From NCBI RefSeq assembly GCF_009914755.1, contig NC_060927.1: 64,000 bases of DNA; one strand, 5' to 3'. Below are positions 55,056-64,000 of this stretch, in pieces. The DNA is from the human T2T-CHM13v2.0 reference genome, Homo sapiens. The position numbers and the translations under genes were made by a program. How positions within the stretch are numbered: position 1 is the first letter of the stretch; every line of letters starts with the position of its first letter. The notes under the pieces are model-generated. The model searched no databases. It had not been told where the DNA came from and saw nothing but the letters and a program-made list of their open reading frames with translations.

Positions 55056-57175
55056 ACTCGACTTCATGTTTTGGTAATATGGAAGTAAATGTATCATTCC
55101 GTGTTTCAGTTTCTTTCACCTTAACCCAAATATCACTCTCCAGTTCACAGGAATGAAGGCTTATGAAGTTGTTTAGATCAGATAATCATAACCAAAGAAA
55201 TAAATAGACACGTTTTTTTCAATGAGACAAGGTTCAATAAACCATAATTATTTAATAGTGTGTCAAAGGATGCATGAATACAATAATTCATGGAAACATT
55301 TTCTTGGGAGTTTGGTTATTTAATGAACTCAGAATCTTTGAGAGCATTTGAAAAGTTTTAATAAATGAAGAACTAGCTGGATCTATCCTTTTTAATTTGT
55401 AATTAAGCAATTAAGTAATTTATACACATATTTACACTTCAATGGGTATTGTTCTGAGTACTTTCTTTACTTCATTCTGTTTGTTTTATGTCTATAATGA
55501 AATTAATTTTTCTTCCAATAATTTAATACTTAATATTTTTGTTATTTCATGTTTGAATTTAGGTATGTGTAAGAAATATAAGCAAAACTTGAATAAGTTT
55601 TGATAGCACTACAGTGCTGCTCAGAAAGGATGGATAAAATAAGAAAGTATTGTAGGAGGAAAAGAGAAGAGGATGGCTTTTCTTACACCCATATATCTTT
55701 CCATGTGGCAAATATGTACAAGGTTAAGCTCTAGCTTACGTTTAATTTTATGCTACCATATCCACATTTATAATTAGGTTTAAGGCTAAAAGTTACATTT
55801 TAATTGAGGTATATTGTTATTCTTCACTTTGGCAGGTCAATGAATTCTAGTAACTTGGCAGATGTATGAGTGAGAGTTTATTTCAGGTTATGAGCAAGAT
55901 CAGTACAAATGCTGAAACAAAGGCTCAATGTGAAGAGTAGGAAACAGAAGTCTTTTATATTCTAAGAAATATAGAGAAACAGGCTAAGCATGTGTGATTT
56001 CTATTCAAGGAAATAGTTCATGGTGATAATTGTAGGCAAGATCTTTTTAAGCCTGGACTTTGATTTATAGCTTCAATTATTTTTTTAACATTCATGGAAG
56101 CTGAAAGAGAATGTGAGCCTTGGATGTAAAACAAAATGTTACTTTTGTCCATTTATAATTTTAATGTTGTGGGCCTTAAAGCCTTCTTCTAGTTTTGGCT
56201 TGTAAATGGTAAGATGCATCCTTATTCAAAAAACATGTGTGCACATACTTAATGTTAGCGTGAGATCTGTCAGCCACTCTTCACGCACCCTGGCAACTAA
56301 AATAATATGACAGAAGGTAAATCTTTCAAATCAAGTTTAAAATATGCTTCCGTAAAAAAAATTCATACCATTTGTATAGCACCAATCACATCAAAGTGCC
56401 ATTATTTTTAAAATTAACACTCTTCTCTGTGAAACCTTGAGTTACTTAAATATACAGCTAAAAATTCCTTACAAACTCTTTATTGTACACAATGACTTTC
56501 TCAAAACCAGGTACACAAAAGACTCTGGGGAAGTATTTGTGGAAGTGAAACACACAATAATGTAGTCATGTGGACACATTCTCAAATGGCAGTTGTCTGA
56601 CAGGAAATCAGAGACTTGAAAAGTGGAAAAATGTTTATGGATCATATGGATAAGTTTTTTATTTCACAGATGAGGAACCTAGGGAAGCCTAGAAAATATA
56701 AGATTTTTCCAAGACCAGCACAGGACAACAGAGTTCCATTCTTACTTCCTGATCCAAATTACAGCAGTCTTTGTCCATGGAGACTCAAAGGGCGCCAGAG
56801 AGTCATTGCTCTAGTGAACATCTTACTTGTAATCTGCAAAGGGAAGACCTGTGGGTTGCTCTTAATTTAATTCACGGCTGGCAGCCAAAGGTCCAGTTCT
56901 GCAGAAGGCTATGAGATGTAAAAATTCTGCATGAAGAAAAAGGCGACTTGGTGCCACTACTAAATATATATGCACCTTTAGGGCACAAAATCATAAAATG
57001 TGCACAAAACCAAAAAAAGTTAGTGTGTATATATGCGTGTAAGAGAAAGGGAAACAAAGAGATTTGGATAAGAAAATATTCTCAAGGAAATTACATTAAT
57101 AATTATATGAAAATCTAAAAATAAATATAAGAACATTTAGATATAAATATGGACTTAAAAAGGAAACTTATCTTC

Positions 57176-57313
57176 ACTAATTCTTGACTATTTTTTATGA
57201 ATAAAACCTACTGCTAGTCCAGCTAAGATTGTCACTTGTCCTTCCTTGACTAATTCTTGACTATTTTTATGAATAAAACCTACTGCTATTCTACCTAAGA
57301 TTGATACTTGTCC
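57176..57313. repeat. Tandem duplication, period 73 bp
   Basis: ACTAATTCTTGACTATTTTT(T)ATGAATAAAACCTACTGCTA...CTAAGATTG..ACTTGTCC at 57176 and 57249. Confidence 0.9.
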
Positions 57314-57538
57314 CAGCTTTACCCAATGCACTTTATCAGTAAAGGGCAATGGCCAGGCATCTGGCCTTGCTACCAAATAGAATCTGATAACTAACCTCTG
57401 TACAGCCATGTACCCATTTCAAAACGAACATAACAAAAGAACTCTCCTTATAGAATTATTTTCATGATTAAATAAACTGGTATATGTAAAATGCCCTTGA
57501 GCAGCATGTAGTTCATACTATGTGCTCAATAAATTTTA

Positions 57539-57541
57539 CAT

Positions 57542-57588
<47 letters not shown>
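57539..57588. repeat. (CA)n/(TA)n microsatellite
   Basis: Seen directly. Confidence 0.95.
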
Positions 57589-57932
57589 CTTGAGACAGGC
57601 TAATTTATAAAGGAAAGAGGCTTAATAGACTTACTGTTCAGCATGACTGGGGAGGCCTCAGGAAACTTACAATCATGGTGGTGGAAGGGGAAGCAAACAC
57701 GTCCTTCTTCACATGGCAGCGGCAAAAAGATGTGCAGAGCAAAGGGGGAAAAGCCCCTTATAAAACCATCAGATCTCATGAAAATGCACTCACTATCATG
57801 AAAACAGCAGCATGGGAGTAACTGCCTCCACGATTCAATTACCTCCCACTCAGTCCCTCCCACCACATGTGGGGATTATGGGAACTACAATTTACGATGA
57901 GATTTGGGTGGGGACATAGCCAAATCATATCA
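57589..57932 (-). mobile_element. THE1 LTR (THE1C/D-like), 3' terminus missing
   Basis: GGGGAGGCCTCAGGAAACTTACAATCATGG, AAGCCCCTTATAAAACCATCAGATCTCATG, GATTTGGGTGGGGACATAGCCAAATCATATCA. Confidence 0.92.
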
Positions 57933-58287
57933 ATCCTACTATGAGAAAGAGATACAGACAAACAAGTGTGTCCCAAAATGGGAACACAGCATAAGGTGGG
58001 AATTAGAAGCAAGTTAACCTAAGGACCATTTAGAAGTATGGGTATATTTAGTTTGAAGAAAAATAATTATCGTGGGATATAAATTGTAGGAACACAAATT
58101 TGAATTCATCAGAAACAAGATTATTTATCAATTATATTTTTACTTAATACTCTTTGGTAATGAAACTCTTCTTCTCAAAGAAGAATGAGGCCCTACATCT
58201 AAAAGCATTTATGCAAAAATGGATATGTCAGGAATGCTGAAGAAAGGATTGTCATGTCAAGTGGGAGGGGAGATTAAGAAACTAATA

Positions 58288-58648
<361 letters not shown>

Positions 58649-58814
58649 TTAGATACCTACTTACATTCAAATTGATAAAGAGTGGCTTATTTAGATAATC
58701 TGTCATGCATTGATCAAAGTTATTAGCACATGGAGGTTTTAACTATAAATCATATACCCTAGTGTGGTCGCCAGACATGTTGGGCCAATCAAAATAAGTT
58801 TTTATTCAGTGCCC

Positions 58815-60048
58815 ATCAAGATACAGCTCCAGTCATTGCTTCAAAGGGTGGAAGCCCCAAGCTTTGGTAGATTCCACATGGTGTTGGGCCTGCATGTGTG
58901 CAGAAAACAAGAACTGAGGTTTGGAAACCAGTGCCTAGATTTCAGATGATGTATGGAAATGTATGGATATCCAGACAAAAGCTTGCTGCAGGGTTGGGAC
59001 CCTCATGGAGAACCCCTGCCAGGGCAGTGTGGAAGGGAAATTTGGGGTTGGAGCCCCCACACAGAGCCTCAACTGGGGCACTGCCTACTGGATCTGTGAG
59101 AAGAGGGCCACCATCTTCCAGACCCTAAAATGATAAATCCACCAACAGCTTGCACCATGTGCCTGGAAAAGCCACAGGCACTCCACGCCAGCCCATGAAG
59201 GCAGCCAGTGGGGGAACTTACCTGCAAAGCCACAGGGGTGGAGCTGCCCAAGGTCATGGGAGCCCACCTCTTGCATCAGTGTGACTTGGATGTGAGATAT
59301 GGAGTCAAAAGAGATTGTTTTAGAACTTTAAGGCTTAATGACTGCCCCATTGAATTTCAGACCTCCATGGGGCTTGTGGTCCCTTTGTTTTGACCAATTT
59401 CTCCCATTTGGAGTGGGTTTATTTCCCCAATGCCTGTACTCACATTGTATCTAGGAAGTAACTAACTTGCTTTTGATTTTTCAGGCTCATAGGTAGAAGG
59501 GAATAGCCTTGTCTCAGATGAGACCTTGGGCTTGGATATTTGGGTTAATGCTGAAAGGAGTCAAGACTTTGGAGGACTGTTGGAAAGGCATGATTGTGTT
59601 TTGAAATGTGAGGACATGAGATTTGGGAGGGGTCAGGGGCAAAATAATATGGTTTGGCTGTGACCCTACCCAAATCTCATCTTGAATTGTAATTCCCATA
59701 ATACACACATGTCATGAGAGGGACCTGGTAGGAGGTAATTGAATCATGGGGATGGTTTCTCCCATGCTATTCTTGTGATAGTGGGTAAGTTCTCATGAGA
59801 TCTGATGGTTTTATAATGGGTTTCCCCCTTCAATAAGTTCTCATTCTTCTGTCTCCTGCTGCCATGTGAAGAAGGATGTGTTTGCTTCCCCTTCCACCAT
59901 GACTGTAAGTTTCCTGAGGCCTCCCAGTCATGCTGAACTGTGAGTCAATTAAACCTCTTTCCCCTGTAAATTACCCAGTCTCATGTATTACTGTCTTATG
60001 TATTACTGTCTCATGTCTGTATTAGCAGTGTGAGGACGGACTAATACA
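58815..60048 (+). mobile_element. THE1 internal 3' part plus 3' LTR (LTR 59645-60048)
   Basis: MaLR-internal text (GCAAAGCCACAGGGGTGGAGCTGCCCAAGG), polypurine tract ~59625-59644, LTR T(A)ATATGGTTTGGCTGTG...GGACTAATACA. Confidence 0.93.
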
Positions 60049-60679
60049 AGGATATAATCTGACCAGCACAGAGTAGACTAGGACTATTACTTCCAGTGTT
60101 TGGATATTACACAGACCTCCAGTCAGTGTTTAATAGTTATATTAACATTTTTAGGCATCCATATAGTGGTGTTGATTTGCACTGGGTCCATAAACTTCAC
60201 CAGATATTTAGGGAATTTAGCGACTTTGTTAGTAGTATTTTGTACTTACTTCAGTGTATCCAGTTATCCTATCTTAGTAAGCATGATATATTGAGCAAAA
60301 TTTATTTATTTTGTGGAGCCTGAAGATCCTCCCCAGAGAGAAATCAGAAATTTGAGTTTAAAGAATATGTAACTTAGAGAGACACTATTCCTTCACCATG
60401 ATGAAAGTTGATAGCCTAAATAGCTGCACACCAGGAATGTCAAGGATATCCAGAGCTGTTGAGTTGACTTCTCAGTGCCATTGATGTAGTAGGGTGGATA
60501 GAGATGTTGAGTAGGTTTTAGTGAAAAGGTTTTGTAGTAGTCTTTCATGAAAACAAATCTCATATCTGACATTTATAACTGCATGACTTTGAACATGTTC
60601 CAAACCTAGTTTCCCCAGAATTTAATTTTGGATGATACCTATACAGTAAGATGGTTTCTAGGATTAGCGGGAGAGACAA

Positions 60680-60895
60680 TATAGTGTAGTTGATAAAAAT
60701 GTAGACTTTCAGGTCAAAAATTTTTTATTTAAATCCTGGCTTTACCACTAGCTGTCATATTAACTTTAGTAAAGCTTCAATTTTTTTCTTCTGTGAATGA
60801 TGATCATAATTTCTCATTTACTGTATAGAAATGAGGACTTAACAACATATAGCTGGCATGTGGTAAGTTCTCAATAAATTATGTTGATTATTATA
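60680..60895 (+). mobile_element. MIR SINE
   Basis: AAATCCTGGCTTTACCACTAGCTGT...GTAAGTTCTCAATAAAT. Confidence 0.65.
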
Positions 60896-62479
60896 ATGAC
60901 TGTAAAAAAATACAATACTGTCTCAAACAGGTAATTGATAAATGGTTATTATTTCCTAGTGCCCACCCCTACAATTTCTTATAACTTTAACTTAAGACAA
61001 TAATTCCTGTCTCAACCTGAGAGAAACCATTGTAAAAATAATTCCTATAAGAGCTCAAATAGGACAGTAGAATTTCACACAGAATAATATAGCGGCCTTT
61101 CTGGCATTATTTGCATTTCAATTTTGCCTTCTCCATTAGAATATAGGCATCTAGAGAGCAGGGTCACTATTTTTATACACCCAACAAAATTTCTGGCACA
61201 TCAAATAGGAAAAATAAATATTTTTTAAACTTTACTTTCTTCATTTGTATAATAATCTTAATAATAGCTGCTCCATTAAAAAATAAATAAGAGAATTGTA
61301 TCTCAAGCAAACAGGTACTATGGCAGTGATATAAATTGTAAAAAGATTTATAAATTTTGATTGTTGTATGGTAATAGGTTATCATTATTATATTAGTGCC
61401 TCATTGTAGGAAAATGCTTTTCTTTGGGAGGACCCAATGTCTACATTTGTTACATCACTCTATGTTTAGGCATAGAATATGTGTGTATGTGTATGTCTAT
61501 GTGATAAATTGGGGATATATGACCATTGATCTTCTAGTGTGGCTTCTTGTGTCCTGAGGATTTCCATGCCCTTAAACTTAAGGTAAGTTATGACCTACTA
61601 GAATTTATCTATTAGAATTCTGTAGTTATTGTAACTAGTAGGGATGATCTTAATAGGAAAAGTGTGTAAAGGGTGGAGGATCAAATAGGAAGGCCATTTC
61701 ACTGGGATTAGCAAAAAGTGTGGCTGTGAAAATAGTTCTTGAAAAAAGGCCAACAAGAATAATTGCAGCTCCAGCCCTATAAAAATAAAGGTCAAAGCTA
61801 ATGTGATTTGGCTCAAAGCTAATCTGTAAACTGCTAGTGGCTCAAAGGTAATATGTAAATCTCTAGTCTATTGAAAAAGCCCACAACATAGCAGCTACAT
61901 AGGCAGAATGAGCCCATATGTGGAATACATCAAAAATCAGTACAAAGTCAGAGTAACATGAGCAATCCTAAAGTCATCTGGAGGTTTCTGAAATCAGCCC
62001 CTTTACCTGGCAGATCAAGATGAATAGAAATGTGGCTTTCTCGTGTTCACTTCAGGATAAATACAGGGGAAAACATGAGAAGACTTGTGAATGCAGTTCT
62101 CAAACTTCTGAACTCCATCATTGGAGGGATGATTTATAGAGACGAAAATGCAGTGGGAAAGACTGGACTTAGCTGAATGACATACTTTACATTTATTTCT
62201 ATAATGTGAGATCTTTCAACCCTTTTTATATTTACAAAATTAAGATGATAACAAAAACTATATTGTTAGAAAAAAGTAGAAAGGAATTATCAAAATATTT
62301 TTATGCTGCAAAACAAGCATAAAAATCTTAGAATTTTTATGAGAATTGTGTTTCCATTTAGTACATAGACAGCTGTGCAACAATATCAATTTCACAAAAT
62401 TATGCAAAACTAACTTTTCTTTGAACCCATCTGAGAGGTCACTAAACAACCAGGGGTACTAAACTTAAAATAGTTACAA

Positions 62480-64000
62480 TGCACCATGAGGGAAGGAAGC
62501 ATACAAACTGTTTCACCTTTGGTAGAGCATTTAAGGAAGTGATTTATGGTGGTGTTCTAGCTAAATTAAAGAGGTTAATTTTTTTTTAAGTTGAAACTTT
62601 AACAAATTTTTTAAGTAAGTGTGCAGTCAGCATGAGAATTTAGAATTCCTGGGAGCCCCAGACATAAGTAAAATGCACATTTATATGTCAGAACTCTAAT
62701 AGGCTAAAAATAAAGATACACACCTGCACAGTATCAGAGGCTAGATTCAGAATAGGAAACACTAAATTCAGTTGAAACTAAATCAATAGAAATAATTTAA
62801 ACTGAAATATAGAGAGGAAAAAGGAATGCAGAGAAAATTAGACCACCCAAGAGGTGTGGGAAATATCAGCTGAGCTAACATATAAGTAATTGGAGTAACA
62901 GAAAAGGAAAAGAGAGAGAATGGGACCAAAAAAAAAATTTGGAAAGGTAATGGCTGTTTTCTCCCAAAATTCATGAAAGAAAACAACCAAGAATCTTAGA
63001 GAATCCCAAACAAGATAAATACAAAGTAAAGTATAGTTAAGCACATCATAGATAGATGATAGCTGACTTCCCATCACACACTAGGCAATTCAAAATCAAA
63101 TATATAATTAATTTTAAAATATTAAAAGAAGAAAAGTTGTCACCTCAGAATTCTATAATGAACAAAATTTACATTCAAAAATACAGATGAAGTAAACACT
63201 TATTAGAGAAAATACTACAAAAAAAAGGAGTTTCTTCAGGCAAAATGATAAGGTACTACATGTAAATGTGAATCTAAACACCCACAAAAAGCAGCATCAG
63301 CCATGATAAATGTAGGTAAACATGAAAAATTTTAAAAATCCTTTATATTGCTAAAATAGTTAACTATAGAAAGCAAAAATGAAAAAATGTGGGATTATGA
63401 CAGGTAAACTTAAAATATATGACAATAATACTGCAGAGGATAAAGAGAAAATAGATATTTGCTATTGAAAGATTGTTGCATTAAGTGGAAAATTATGATT
63501 TGAAGGAAGATTGTAGCAACATAATGGTGCATATTGTAAACCTATAGCAGCAACTTAAAAATAAAACAGAGGTAAAAGTAACAATCCAAAGTAAGACAGA
63601 ATGACAGGAAAGAAAGAACAAAGAACAGATGGGGAAAAAAAAGCTTATAAAATAACAGTTTTAAGTCTAAGTATACCAATAATTGCATTAAATGCAAATA
63701 ATCAAAATATACAGTTAAAATTTAGAGATTGTCAGTTTGGGGAAATGAAAGCATAATCCAGTTCTGTGCTTTTTATGGGAACTAAGTTTTGAAAAATCCA
63801 TAGGTTAACTAAAAGTAAAAAGATAGGGGAGAATGAATATCATGTCAATAATAATAAAAAGAAAGCTGTAGTGAACAAATTAATATAAAAATAATAATTT
63901 TAGTAGGGATAAAATGATAAATTACATAATGATGAAGGGATATACACCTAATCAATAGCTTAAAATTCATACAGCAAAAGCTGATACAACTAAAAACAAA
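62480..64000 (+). mobile_element. Old L1M relic (5' region/ORF1 to ORF2 start), runs off the window end
   Basis: ATGGCTGTTTTCTCCCAAAATT and CACCTCAGAATTCTATA ORF1-like; AATAATTGCATTAAATGCAAAT ORF2 N-terminus-like. Confidence 0.7.

Noticed and set aside
58764-59708. Multiple short ORFs
   Set aside because: THE1 internal/LTR sequence

Overview
AT-rich primate genomic DNA; an SVA element places it in a hominoid (human or ape). The window looks intronic or intergenic. I cannot support any protein-coding gene: the longer ORFs in the track come from Alu, L1, SVA or LTR repeats or from microsatellites. Repeats dominate. They include one full-length older-type SVA with a short VNTR (4162-5492, -), 17 Alu copies or fragments, and several L1 remnants, among them a ~4.3 kb L1PA13-16-type copy with a 5' inversion. 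Also present are L2 and MIR relics, MaLR/ERVL LTRs (MLT1, THE1 with internal sequence, LTR16, ERV3-16A3-like) and DNA transposons (internally deleted HSMAR2, MER47A, Tigger4b, MADE1, MER58A). The less obvious observations are: (i) a decayed but CpG-rich non-LTR reverse-transcriptase fossil at ~48.2-48.6 kb; (ii) a nested palindrome in an AluJ that looks like a template-switch scar; (iii) a MADE1 hairpin with an internal 22-bp duplication; (iv) tiny Alu insertions with clean target-site duplications (TSDs); (v) perfect TA-centred inverted repeats and several 67-86 bp local duplications; (vi) a few candidate spliced exons. I find no convincing evidence of a new multi-gene biological system. Repeat names come from recalled consensus sequences, not a database search, and boundaries of old repeats are approximate.
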